A stretch of DNA of 60,000 nucleotides, from NCBI RefSeq assembly GCF_018977255.1, contig NW_024704742.1, positions 118,546,001-118,606,000 of the forward strand. The letters are read 5' to 3'. The position numbers and the translations under genes are program-made. The notes under the pieces are model-generated. The model saw only the letters and a list, made by a program, of their open reading frames with translations. It was not told where the DNA came from and did not search any database. Position 1 is the first letter of the stretch; each line of letters starts with the position of its first letter. Source of the stretch: Callorhinchus milii (Eukaryota). Below are positions 21,676 to 34,568 of this stretch, piece by piece.

Positions 21676-24600
21676 CCTCCGGCGCTGTTTAAACCAGCAC
21701 AGCTTTTGCTAAAAGTACGTCAACGTTCTGGATCCTGGGTAACTTCGTCAACTGAAACAAATGTCTCCATATCGCAGGCAAACTTGACTTCTACATTGGA
21801 GCCCAATGCAAAGAAATAATAATAAAAATAATAATAATGATAATATAGGCATAATATTATTTTATAATACATAATATTACACAATACATAGTGCATATGT
21901 CACATAATAAGTAAATATTTTTTGCATTAGAAATAGTGCATTTCATGCCTGGAGAAGGTCTCAAAGAACTTCCCGGGTTTTACAGTAAAATGTAGTGACT
22001 GTAGATTATAGGTAAACACACCAGTCTATTGTGAACTGACATGTGGTATTCCACTGTATTTGGCAACTGCAATAGAGCACGAGGCTAGATGAACAGACAG
22101 ATGGTTAAATGAAGAGAGTAGTGGAACAGAATGGAGAGGATCTAGCATAAATTCATTAGGAATACACCAGTGATGACAGGATATAGACTTACAAAACTGG
22201 TTAATAAATCAGCAACAGGGTTCCATTAACTCCAGATGTTGATGGAAGAGTAAAAGTGACAAGGTGTTTTTATACAAAGGGATTTTAGGATTTGTTATTG
22301 ATGGCTATTGAAGCCATGTCAATTTAAAAGGGAATTAGATAAATGCAATACAGAGTTTAAAGAAAGAAAAGGATAAGGGGAATGGTCAGAAAAATAATAA
22401 TATACAGTAGATAGTGTTAAAGAACAGATGGTCTATTAAATGATTAATTGAGAAGAGCTATTATAAATATAACAGATTATTAAATAGATTTTTCACTTTA
22501 GTCTCCAGTAGGTGTGCCAAGGAATCTGTAAAATGTGAAAGTTAGTAGTGAATGAATTATGCAGTATCTTGAAGGATTAAATATCTCCAAGGTGCCTGAG
22601 CCTTGAACCATTAAGGAATTGAAAGAGGAAATTGGTTAATTGGTTTTACTGGAGAAAAGAGACGCAATCCAAGTATATAGGATTATGAAAGATATGGAGA
22701 AAATTGAGATTGCAGGGTATTTAATGGGTTAGATTGTTGGACTGGACAACACAAATATAAAATTCATAATCCTTGAGGTTGGAATTGAATTTTCCACAAG
22801 GTAGTTAATCTGTGTAACAGAGTCCAAGAAAAAGAAACCAATTTGGGTCAGTTGAGACCTGTAAACAGGAGTTGGATCAATCACTGTTGAGAAATGGGAT
22901 TAAAGATGATAGGGTAGTAACAATTTGTCTTGATTACCACGAAAGCTCGTAAAAGAGGGTACAACCCTTGAAGTTAAGGAATTAATGTGTTTGTAGGTTG
23001 GGGGGTGGGGAATATACAGGCGATCAATCATACATGGGATATGGAAAGAGTGAGATTGAGGAGCTGAATAGCCTTTTCTTGTTGCAGGTTTTTATTTACA
23101 TTCAGAGTTTCAATTGTCGAGGAATGGTTCTGCCCATTCCTATTTGTTATTAGCACATGAAATGCCTTCAGTTTGCACCAGCAGATTGTGATCCACACTC
23201 CCACATGCATTCCACACTCGCTGCATATTATCAGTGTAAGAAAATACAGGAAACATTCATTCCGGTGTCTAGGTGGCCAATTGAGAACTGTCTTTCATCA
23301 AACAGACAGAAAGCCTGATACGAGTGACTGCTAATCCTCATATTGTGCAAAGATACCATAAAGCCAAGTAAGAACTGCACAATAATCATTGAAGATGTCT
23401 CTAAATGGCATTGTAATGGTCAATGGCCTATCTGGTGCAGATCTGCTTCATGGGCCACAGCTGATTTGTTACACTTGAGAATAATAATAATACTTGCATT
23501 TGATATAGCGCCTTATCACGTCTTCAAGACGTCTCAAAGCGCTTCCCAGAATACACCTGGAGCATCGTTTTTAGTTTTGCGATTGTGCAAAAGAGTAAAA
23601 ATGCTAGTCTGGTACTTACAACAACAATAACTTGCATTATATAGAGAGGCAGAGTCTCGGAGCGCTCCTTACAAAGAGTACTCCAGGGAAAACTGATAGA
23701 AGTCCTAATTGGAATTACACTTTTGTAAACTAGCTAATACATTGTGAATTGAAAGCCAGACTTGCTTTCAGTGAGCTGTTTTATGATTTGTTCCAATGAT
23801 TATCCTGTCAGTGACCCATTTGATAATGTAAATATCCTAGACTTGAAGCCATTATTTCTTGATTTCATTGTTGAGCCTAATAAAACTTTCCAGCAACTGC
23901 CTGATGTATATGACTATCTGGCTTTCGATCTATGCCACAGGATGGACTTTTAGGTTTCATTTCTGCACAGTATTATCTTCTAGGTTGTGTGGGATGGCTG
24001 GCACACACATTTTTAAGAGCTTTATTCATTGTGTGATAATAAATTATCAAGATCTATTAGCAGTTCCTGTCGGACAACAACAGAAAGTGTCAAATTTTAA
24101 AATCCAATATTTCAAACCTTATTATCAATACAATAATAATTAATAATGACTACTTGATCCCATCCCCATTTAAAGGTAATTACATATAATGTGAACTTTA
24201 TCTGTCCTATTTTGTGCTTCACACAAGTCAGCAATTTGTGTACAAAAGTGATTGGTTACACTTGGGATACCTGGAGCATTGTTTCCAGTTTCGGACCACA
24301 ACATTTTCTTACCTAAATGTTCCCAAATCCTGTTACCTGGTCATCCAAATGTACTTCACACTCAAATCAAGCTCGAGCCCAAATATGGCCACAAAATAAT
24401 GGGATTTGAAGTGTGATGATGTGTTTTGATGCGTAACAATGCAATTTCACATGTGATGGACCGATGTGGCTGGCCAGCCAACTCTCTGTATGTGTGTTTT
24501 TAGCATCACAGGTCACAAGGAAGTATTGATCAGCGGCCGGTCTTAATCGGCCAATAATAATAATCATAATCATAATCCATATTGATATAGCATCTTATAG

Positions 24601-24749
24601 GGCTTTTGAGACATCGCCAAGCGCTTCACAGGATTTACTGTAAAGTGGTGCAGGCGATATGATTAGGTGGTTTGGAATTTTGCAGGGACACCGCAACAAC
24701 CCCAGCTGCTGTCCTATAATGGGGTTTTACTGTAGTTACGTTATACTAA

Positions 24750-25063
24750 TGCTCTGGGTTTGATTCCCGGGTAGGGCGAAATGTTGGCCAAGTTTCCTTA
24801 CTTCACACACCTCTGTTCACCTAGCAGTATGTAGGAACCCAATTGTTAGTCGATTGGATCATGGCTTTTCCGGGGGTAATAATCCATTAAAATAATAATT
24901 ATAATTTGGTCACTCAATTCATGACTGTTTGTGAGACACCGCTGTACACAATTGGCTGCAGTGTTTTGCCTACAAAATGTAGTCAATTCACTTTACACTA
25001 TATTCTGTGAAGCGTTTTGAGGCGTCCCAGTGCTATATCAAATGCAAGGATTATTATTATTAT
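24750..25063 (+). mobile_element. SINE (long form, 5' part of head missing)
   Basis: B box gggtttgattccc, central acctagcagtatgtaggaacc, tail aaggattattattatt. Confidence 0.9.
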
Positions 25064-25693
25064 CTAACTCTGAGGGCTGAAAATCTCATAGTTTTTAGCT
25101 TTACGGCCATCATCGGTTTAAAATTCAAGGTTGTACAGAATTTGGGAAAATTCTTATTCAGTCTTAATTTGGAAGCCAGGTCCTCAGCAGTCGTTTTCAG
25201 GAAAGCTATGAATTTTGATGTAAGGCTGAAATATAAGAATTTTTCAGAATTCAGCATAATGTTAAATTTTATGATCACAGTCCTAAGGTTTTGTCAGTGA
25301 GGAGATTTGGGCATCAGTTGTCTTAATCCCTGAATCAGGGCTTATCTGCAGAACTGGATAATGTCCAAAATCTAGTTTAGAAGGTGGTTTTGAAACATCG
25401 GAAGTAATACACGATGCAGCAAATTACCGCAGGTATCCTGGAACTATTTAATTGATTGATGCCTTGGCCAGGTCTGGGATTGAGACACAGCTGGGTTGGA
25501 AACCATAGCAGAGTGACCTTGTCTGAGTGGGATTGTCATTACATTTGAAAGGCACTGATTAGCTGGCACTGATTTCTTTCACTGTTTTTAGTTACCATTG
25601 TCTTGGCTGGAAGAGTAAAATATTATATATTACATATTACATATTCAGAAAAAGATTGCTTACTGCTGCCTGTCGCTACTTTATGTTGAACAG

Positions 25694-25881
25694 AGAAACA
25701 AGAAGAAGTTGTTTACTACGATACTTATGAAAGCATGGAAGCTATGCAGGCGAAGGAAGAGATAGCCATGTCCACAACAGCACAGAAAGCGGAGCTGGTG
25801 AAACTGCAGCAAAAATCACGTCAGCTGGAGGCCCGACGTGGCCGCATTTCAGCCAAAAAGGCCTACCTCAGAAACAAGAAG
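25694..25881 (+). CDS. JMY: JMY internal coding exon (188 nt; not in the supplied ORF track)
   Basis: Acceptor gttgaacag|AG and donor AAG|gtaaat. Manual translation: (E)KQEEVVYYDTYESMEAMQAKEEIAMSTTAQKAELVKLQQKSRQLEARRGRISAKKAYLRNKK, including the basic NLS-like stretch. Confidence 0.95.
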
Positions 25882-25884
25882 GTA

Positions 25885-26080
25885 AATAATAATCCTTACA
25901 TCTGATATAGAGTCTCACCATATTTTCCAGACGTCTCAAAGCGCTTCACAGAATATACTGTAAAGTGAATTCATTGTATGTTCGTGGGCAAAATGCGGCA
26001 GCCAATTGCGCACAGCAGTGTCCAGCAAACAGTCGTGGATTGAGTGACCACATTTTTTTTTGAAGGGATTATTACCCCCT
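25885..26080 (-). mobile_element. SINE 3' half abutting a JMY splice donor
   Basis: aataataatccttacatctgatatag...gcagccaattgcgcacagcagtgtcc is the reverse complement of the SINE body. Confidence 0.9.
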
Positions 26081-27016
26081 GATATAGCACCTTTCACACC
26101 AGGACAACGACTTAATGCACTTTACAGGATATACTGTAAAGTCTAGTGGCTGTGTACTTTGTGGGTGAAACATGGAGGCTAATTTGTACAAAATAATATT
26201 CCACAAACAGCTGTGAATTGAATTGACCATCTTCAACCCACAATTTCTGACTTGGAGAAGAGAGCGCTACCGACTGAGCCAGGCTGACACACAATTACAG
26301 CACCCGCAGTGCACACTGTATGATTGTTTCAACAAAATCCAGGCTTTAATTAATGTTCCTTTGCCAATGTTGATATAGCATTTGTTTGCAGCGTTTTCAA
26401 GAATTCTGTATTCCCTCAAATTTTAAAGCAATGGTTTTAAGCTTGAGAGCATTAAGGCTTAATTCATGAGTTATATCAGGTCTCTGGTGTATCTAGGGAC
26501 TCAAGCATTCAATGAAGAAACGATCCATCAGCCCAGGCTGAGGGACACTGATACAGCAAGCCAGGCTGCTGGTCTGTGATGGGAAGTGTTTCAGCTCTGC
26601 CTTACTTGATACTGTCACACGACAGCTCTATAGAGATTGGTAACCCAGCAGTAGTGGGGAGTGGGTGTGACATAGACCCGATTATCCCTAAAGAATTTAG
26701 CCAAGGATTTATGTTCCACTTTCAAGATTATGAAGATCTCTTAGGCTAAATTATCTGATTAGTTAGAATTGGTGCACACTCCTGAAGCGATTCTGTGGTC
26801 AGATGATGGTCTGGTCTCCCAGTTTATTGTATACTGATGATAATGATAAGTAAAACCGTCTGATCACAAGCTGGTTCAAACGTTTGCAGTTGGATGTTAA
26901 ATTTTGATCAGGTGTATTTATTTAGTTTTTGTTGAGATTTAGGGGTCCATTTTGCAGGATTTCGTAACTAATTTTATGAAGAAGTCCAAGTGAGGACTCC
27001 TTCCAGTAACTAGTGA

Positions 27017-27932
27017 CTAACTATCTCTCTGCCTCCATGCTCGACTCCAGGACCACTGCTGTTCTGACAGTATGTCTTTCAGACATCAAGTCCTGGATGA
27101 CAGCTGACTTTCTACAGTTGAACGTCAACAAGACCGAGGCTCTCTTGATTGGCTCCAGTCAGCGCCTCCTCACCTCAGGCACTGACAGCATCACCTTGCT
27201 AAGCCAGCCCAGAACCTTGGTGTCTTGTTTGACCCTCAACTATCCTTTCTACCCCACATCTGTGCCATGACCCACTCTGCCTTCCTTCACCTCCGCAACA
27301 TCGCCCGGCTCTGCCACTGTCTTTCCCCTCAGGCCACCAAAACCCTCATCCACACATTCGTCACATGTAGACTATGCCAACTCCCTCCTTGTCGGCCTCC
27401 CCAACTCTTCCCTCCATACGTTGCAGATTATCCAGAACTCTGCAGCTTGTGTCCTCTCCTGCACCAGGCTCTGTGACCCTCTCAACCCCGTCCTCACCCA
27501 ACTCTACTGCTCCCCATTCCCTAGATGATAGAGTTCGAAATCCTTGTCTTCACCTTCCAGGCTGTCCACAGCCTTGCTCCTCCCTATCTCTGTGACCTGC
27601 TAACCCCTTATCAACTTGCCCGCTCCCTCCACTCAGCAGGCTCCAGCCTGCTCCACGTCTCCTGCCTGGCCCACCCCACCATCGGTGATCAAGCCTTCAG
27701 CTTCTCTGCCTCCACCCTTTGGAAATCCATCCCACAGTCCCTCCACCTCGCCCCTCCTTCAAGGCACGTCTCAAGACCCTCTTCTTCGAGCGTGCCTTCA
27801 GGCGCTCTCCTACCCCTACCCATCTAGCCCTTCAGCCCCCTGTTCCCAACCACCTGCTTATGTCCAAATCCCTGACTGTCCGGTGCCTTGCTCCCGACGT
27901 GAATTGCGCTTTTCAAATATGATTTGTTGTTG
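27017..27932 (+). mobile_element. L2 LINE 3' fragment
   Basis: [35 protein letters not shown]; tail ending (ttg)n. Confidence 0.92.
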
Positions 27933-28074
27933 TAGTACATCACTCTTGAAGGCATTGTGTTTCGAAAGTAGATTGAGAGAGAACTGCGTTCACAGATATC
28001 TATATTTCCTAATTTTCACTGGAAGGGGAGTAGGTGACTAGGGGACGTAGAGTTAAGATTAAGTCACAAGAAGA

Positions 28075-28326
28075 GCAAAAAAAAAATGTTTTCAGACAGA
28101 ACGTTGTTGGGATATGGTATATCATACCATGTAAGGTGATAGATAGACGCAGAGTCCATTGTGGGTTTCAAGAGAGAAGTAGACAGATATCTGAAAGATA
28201 GAGGCTTGAAAGGCTGTGGGGGAAGGATAAAGCAGTGTGATTGAAAGTTTAGCTTGTTCTGAGAGCCAATGCAGACTTGATGGGCTGAATGGCTTCTTTC
28301 TGTACTGTAAATTATTATGATTCTAT
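28075..28326 (+). mobile_element. CR1 LINE 3' end, decayed
   Basis: gatgggctgaatggcttctttctgtactgtaaattattatgattcta terminus. Other old CR1 remnants at about 22540-23090, 36530-37110, 41468-41720(-) and 52430-52880. Confidence 0.75.
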
Positions 28327-29337
28327 CAATTAAAAGAGGAAGCTGGATACACACAGGTGTGGGGGAGAGAAAATAAGAGTATGGGAGGGAGTAAGGAGTG
28401 GGTGGGAAATTAAGTGCAGTATAAACATCGGAACAGACTCATTGGACCAAATGTCCTGTTTCCATGCTGTAAAATCTTATGTAAATCCATATAAACTTTA
28501 GCTTTCCCATTCTTACGATCTCCGAAACCCTATCCTGCATGAAGGGCCCTATATAAATGTAAATTGCTGTTGTTATAAATTTAAAAATCCATCAAGAAAT
28601 ACTGAAAAAATTAACTCTGTAATATGCAATAGAATTTGGGAAAAGTAACTTTTTTAATGTGTCAGCAACAACAGATGCCTGGCAATCCATTACAGTGCTG
28701 CAGTCTAATCTGAGTTTAGATTACTCCGCTGGAGGGTTCTCATGTGTAATATGACGCTAAGATTAGGTTATTAGATTGATGAATCTGTAATTCGCACAAA
28801 GGTAGACTCTTTTCAAATCCTGCCAATGCTGTGTTTCTTTCATGTAATGGAAGTTTATATCATGTGGCTGAAAATGCAAAAATATAATAAGACGTCAGAT
28901 ACCCTTCCAAAAGATTAATTGTATTGGATCCTGTAGCCTCTTCAAAGGGAATGGAAAATAGTCAGGAAACGTGTGATAACTTCTAATACAACACAGCCCA
29001 TTACATTGTAGAAATTGTAGCTTTTAATTTTAAGGTTGTCTTCATGACTGAGAGCGAGAGCTGGCAATGGGTTGAGCTGAGCAGAAAGAATAATTGAAAG
29101 CAGACGATATAAAAATGTTACCGTGTTGAACCCTGATGTTTTGAATGTGATTATTACATGCAGGTGATTTTTAAAGAAACCCCATTCATAGGCCTCTTAG
29201 TCTACAGAAACCTACTGAACTAACCAATACTTCCTTTGTTGGCTGAATTTATATTTAAAGAGGCCACAATCCAAATCAGAACATGAAGTAAATTCTTTAG
29301 GGCTTGAGTTCTTGACTTGGTTATTGATTACTTGGGA

Positions 29338-30765
29338 AGAACAACAACAACAAAATTACATTTGCATAGCGCCTTTCACGTCTGGAGGATGTCCCAAGGC
29401 ATTGGACAGTCAGAGTTTTGGACCTGAGCTGGGGGTCGGGATTGGGGAAGGTGGAGGGCAGGGGGGGAAACAGGGTGATCAAAAGCACGGTTGAAGAGGA
29501 GGGTCTTGAGATGGGTCTTGAAGGAGGCAAGGAGGGACTGCAAGATGAAGTTCCAGAGGGTGGGGGCAGAGTGGCCTGCCAATGGTGGGGTGTGCGAGGC
29601 GGGGGGTGTGAAGCAGGCCGGAGCCCACTGAGCGGTAGGAGCGGACGGGATGGTAGGGGGTTAGGAGGTCGCAGCGGTAGGGGGAGCAAGACCATGGAAG
29701 GCTTCGAAGGTGAGGACCATGATCTTGAACTGTATCCTCTGTGTGATGGGAAGCCAGTGGAGTCGGGCGAGGATGGGAGTGATTGGGTCACAGAGCCTGG
29801 TGCGGGAGAGGACATGGGCTGTAGAGTTCTGGATGATCTGCAGCCTATGGAGGGAGGAGTTGGGGAGGCTGACAAGCAAGGGATTTGCATAGTCAAACCT
29901 CGATGTAATGAATGCATGCATGTATGAGGGTTTTCAGCGGCCTGCGGTGTGATGTTGTGGAGGTGGGGAAGGCAGAGCGGGTCATGGCATGGATGTGGGA
30001 TAGAAAGGATAGGTGAGGGTCAAACAGACGCCAAGGTTCCGGACTGGCTTAATAAGGTGGAGTGTGCATCCATGGATGATGATGGAGGTGAGGAGGCGCT
30101 GACGGGAGCCAATCAGGAGATCCTCAGTCTTGTTGACGTTCAACTGAAGGAAGTTTGCTCTCATCCAGAACTTGATGTCTGACAGACATTCGGTCAGGAC
30201 AGCAGTGGTCCTGGTATCAAGGGTGGAGGCAGAGAGATACAGTTGGGTGTCATCCGTATACATGTGGAAGTTGACCCCATGTCTGCGGATGATGTCACCA
30301 AGAGGGAGCATATAGATATTGAAAGGGAGGGGACCAAAGTCAGAGCCCTGAGGAACACTACATGAGACGGTGCGGGGGCTAGAGGAGAAACCGTTTGTGG
30401 AGATGAAGTGGAGGAGGTGTGAAAGGTACGATCTGAACCAGTCAAGGACAGTCGTGAAGCTTGAGTGAGAGCAGAGGTGGTGGATGAAGATAGAGTTGTC
30501 ATCGGTGTCGAAGTTAGCAGAGAGATCAAGGAGGATGGGGATGAGGGAACCCTGGTCGCAGATGGACAGAATGTAATTTGTCACTTTGACCAGAGCTGTT
30601 TCTGTGCTGTGGGCGGCATGGAAACCCGATTGGAGGGGTTCGAGAAGGGAGTGGCGGGAGAGGAAGGAGCAAAGCTGAGAAGCAACAACTCGTTGCAGGA
30701 CCTTGGAGAGGAAAGGGAGGTTGGAGACGGGGTGGTAGTTTGAGAGCAGGAATGCGTCCAGGGAG
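29338..30765 (-). mobile_element. L2 LINE, 5'-truncated (RT and C-terminus), antisense to JMY
   Basis: LLDLSANFDT, VPQGS, FHMYTDDTQLY, LHWLPI; (caa)n tail on + at 29340. Confidence 0.95.
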
Positions 30766-31266
30766 CATAGGAATATTTTAAAACTAAATTTAACATTTCA
30801 AACAAAAATACAGAGCCTTTTTGAAGTTTATCTTCCTGAAGATCTGAATTTCACTTTTTAGAAAAATATATTTCCTTATGACCCGGGTCACTGTACTGTA
30901 ATCTTATCTTTTTGTTTGGCCAGCCATGTGAATGTCGCATGCGGAAACCAGTCACTGTGTTTAGGAATATACATATATATATATATATGCCACCTAAACA
31001 CAGAAATTCTATTGTCTGGAATGGAATATGTGTTCTCTCCCTGGAAGGAATGCATCCTGCTTACCTAATTCCAGAGATTATTAGGTGAGGTTGGCAAGAA
31101 CCAAGGTTGGAGGGTCCCATTGTGTGTGTGGGGGATTACCGCTGGAGTTTAACAATAATCTGCATTTGTACAGTGCTCTTCATGTGGGGCAGCGTCTCAG
31201 AGAGTTATAGGTTGCCATTGTCTAACAAACTTTCCCGCGACCTGTCCAGCTAGGACCACCCTACCC

Positions 31267-31592
31267 ACTCCACCAAGCCTCCTGCTTGTCTCTCATCCCT
31301 TCCGCTCCACCATCAGCGAACGTGCTTTCAGTCACTACTCCCTGAAACTTTGGAACTCTTTCCTTCAATTCCTCTGTCTTGCCCCCTCCGTCCTATTTCT
31401 CAAATCACACTCTTCGACCATGTTTCCTTCAGGAACCGTCTCAAGACCCTCCTGTTCGACCGTACCTTCGGTCACAATCCTTCCCCCCTTGCCCTCCCTG
31501 ATCCCAACTGGGTCCGAAACACTGATTGTCCAGTGCCTTGGGACATCCTCCCAACGTGAAAGGCACTATACAGATGTAATTTTGTTGTTGTT
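31267..31592 (+). mobile_element. L2 LINE 3' end
   Basis: RLKTLLFDRTF segment and tail gtgccttgggacatcctcccaacgtgaaaggcactat...(ttg)n. Confidence 0.85.
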
Positions 31593-33228
31593 TACGGTCA
31601 CCTCCTCCCTCCCCCAGCTCAATATCAGGCTCCACGCACTGTTAAGCACTCCGAGACCCTACTCCGCCTGAAATGTGATATATAAATGCAAGTTGTTGTA
31701 TTTTCCGATCTGCATTCTCCACTCTCCTTAATCTGGCTTGAAGATTACTTCCGCTCGTGGTTACTTCCTCTGTTCCAGCCTCAGAAGCTGAGTCACTGAG
31801 CCCTTGTCCTGTGGAACACTCTTCCAAAATCACTTTGCAATGTGTGTGCAGATATTGGGTAAGGACTGGGTCAAGTTCAATCAACTCAGTTACCTACCTC
31901 TGTCTTCGATCCAATGGGATTTCTCATCATTTTGAAAAGTAATGAAAAGGTTGCTGTTATTAGTGTTTGACGTTGGATGCTCCTTAGAGTTCCTCAAAAT
32001 TTCTCACATCACGTATTGCATTCTGCCTGACGTTAGCCAGAGATAAAGGTACAAAGCGGAGGTACTGCTTCTGCAAAGGAAGTCCCATTGGTGTCAGCTT
32101 GGCTCAGTTGTTAGCACAATTCCCTCTGCGTCACAAGGTTTTGGATTCATAATTTAGGCTGACATTTAAGTACAATAGTGAAGGTATATTGCATCGTCAA
32201 AGATATTTGAAATCCTGTCCACCTGTTCTAAATCCAAGACACAATTTGAAACGACTCAGCATGTTTCTCCCGGCCAAACAGTCACGCAGATGAATTGGCC
32301 ACTCATCGTATGGGTAATCTAGGCTGTTTCTGCACATTATAAACAGTTGAGGCAGAGCCCATATTAGCATTTCAAAAGGAATTCAATACATATCTGGAAA
32401 GGAAAAATATAAAAGTGTAAGGGGAAAATGTGGTGAGAATGGGATGGATCTTTTAGAGAGCGAACATAAAGCTGATGAGCCAAATTGCCTTCTCCTGTGC
32501 CGTAAATTTCTACGATTCTTAGGTTCCATCTTCACTTACAAAAAAGGTACTAAATGTAACAACTAGCTCTGGATCACTTTCAGATGTTTCAAGATTTAAG
32601 TTCTTACTTTCATGCATTACAACTGGTAAGCAGCTGGTTTCAGAGTGTTACAGGCAGAGGCTTTGGAACTGGTCACCAGACCACATTCCTTGTCAGGGAG
32701 TGGTGAAGAATACAATAAAATAATTATAATAACCCTTGCACTTGGTACAGTGCCTTATCACGTTGTTGTTGTAACTGTAAAGTGGATTGACTGTGTATTT
32801 TGTTGTATTAATATTCATGCATGTATAGTCAGTAAAAGCTTGAAACTCAACCAAAGTTAGTTCTTCTGTTTGCACTCAAGTTAGATGCTATGATGATGCT
32901 TATTTGTGCTTCTGCTGTTGCCAGCTCTTGAAATTTGTGGTACAGTCTTCAGCCGTTCTCTAAGGATGAAATAAATGTGATTATTTTGTTTCTCAAAATT
33001 GCAGTACAGGTTTCAGTCTTTCATAACAACATTATATACTTGATGCACATCAGAGGTTTTGATGCAAATTTTTTGCTGAAGATTTTTGGTACAGTTGGTA
33101 CAAAATTCTTCACGGCTTTTTGTGGGACATTTCTGTGTGCAAATTAGCTGCTGTGTTTGCAAATATGTAGTGATTACACTTTACAAAATCCTGTGAAGAT
33201 GTTTTGACAAAGTGGTAAAGCGCTATAT

Positions 33229-33455
33229 CAACAACAACAACTTGGATTTATATAGCGTCCTCCACGCCGGATGGCGTCTCAGAGCGCTTTACAGTAACGG
33301 ATCCCGGGACCGAGCCAGGGGGAGGGGTGGGAAGGTGACCAAAGGCGCGGTCGAAAAAGGTCTTCAGCAGAGACCTGAAAATGGGAAGGGAGGGAGCGAG
33401 ACGAAGGGAGTGAGGAAGGCAGTTCCAGAGCCTCGGCTACATAGTGGCTGAAGGC
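33229..33455 (-). mobile_element. L2 LINE 3' end (same subfamily as the 4566-6858 copy)
   Basis: Reverse complement of about 6625-6850, including ccccctggctcgg.ccc.ggatc and tatataaatccaagttgttg. Confidence 0.9.
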
Positions 33456-33821
33456 CACATATCAAATGTAAAGCTTATTATGTTGTGACAGGATTGCACT
33501 GTAATTGGAAAGGTAACTGATTTATATTGTCTCCAAAGTATCCCTAGGAGCTGAGGCCAATTGTGCTGATCGGAGATATTCTAACTTAGCACAAATAGTG
33601 GAGAGGACCTCACTCCCAAATCATCAGCACTCTGTTCTCATTTCTTTCATTCTGTTTTTGCTTTGCTTTTCTCGTTGTCCTCTTTCCCTGCATTGCTTAC
33701 CTTTTATTTTCTGCCACTTGATTTCCATTGTGAGTAACGCATACACGGCAGCAAAGTAGCCACCGACAGAATTAGTGATCTCACACGGGGACTAACTGGG
33801 ATCAGCTCATCCATCTTGTTC

Positions 33822-34127
33822 AGTCCTGTAGCTCAGTGATTAGAGCACTCGCCTCACAAGCGAGATTCGATTCCCAGTAGGGCGAAACATTGGGCAAGTT
33901 TCCTTACTCCACACACCTCTGTTTACCTAAAAGTAAGTTTTCAAAATAAATAAAAATTATTTAGTCACTCAATCCATGACTCTTATGGGACACTGCTGTG
34001 TGCCATTGCCTGCTGTATTTTGCTTACAATCGCAAAACTGGAAATGATGCTCCAGTTATATTCTGTAAAGCGCTTTGAGACATCTCGAAGACGTGATAAG
34101 ACGCTATATCAAATGCAAGGATTAATT
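33822..34127 (+). mobile_element. tRNA-derived SINE ending about 60 nt upstream of a JMY acceptor
   Basis: agtcctgtagctcagtgattagagcactcgcctcacaagcgag head; family body and tail. Confidence 0.9.
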
Positions 34128-34188
34128 TTATCATCGGCTCTTGATGTCTTTTGAATTGCGTCCTGAATTTTTGCTTGTTTTTTTACAG

Positions 34189-34275
34189 GAAATCTGTATC
34201 GTAAGCCACAGCGACCAGATACAGCAGTACAAATTGAGTGAAGAGGCACACAGAGCCCATCACGGTGTACAGACG
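34189..34275 (+). CDS. JMY: JMY internal coding exon (87 nt; not in ORF track)
   Basis: Acceptor tttttttacag|GAA and donor ACG|gtgtgt. Translates EICIVSHSDQIQQYKLSEEAHRAHHGVQT (29 aa), the same length as the recalled JMY segment EICIAKH...HHTVQL. Confidence 0.9.
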
Positions 34276-34353
34276 GTGTGTTAACTTGTGTGATTTTCTC
34301 AGGATGCACCATTATCCATGGTCCTCAGATCCTCGATATTTTCATTCTCACTG

Positions 34354-34367
34354 GTGCCCCCTGGTGC
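34354..34367 (-). promoter_or_regulatory. Candidate CTCF motif
   Basis: Minus strand GCACCAGGGGGCAC, close to the CCASYAGRKGGCRS consensus. Motif match only. Confidence 0.4.
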
Positions 34368-34568
34368 TGAACAGATGTATTACAAGGAAGTGCAATTGTA
34401 TTTCCAGTCTTTTGTGTGACATTTATCTCTGGGACGTGATGAAGGCAAAATTCAAAATCTAAGATTGTTTTGAGGTATTGAGTTTATTTTGAAAGATTGG
34501 GTGTGAATTTTTCAAAATTCCGCTTCAGTGAAATTGGGTACCAAATTGATAGTCTTACTCAACAAAAA

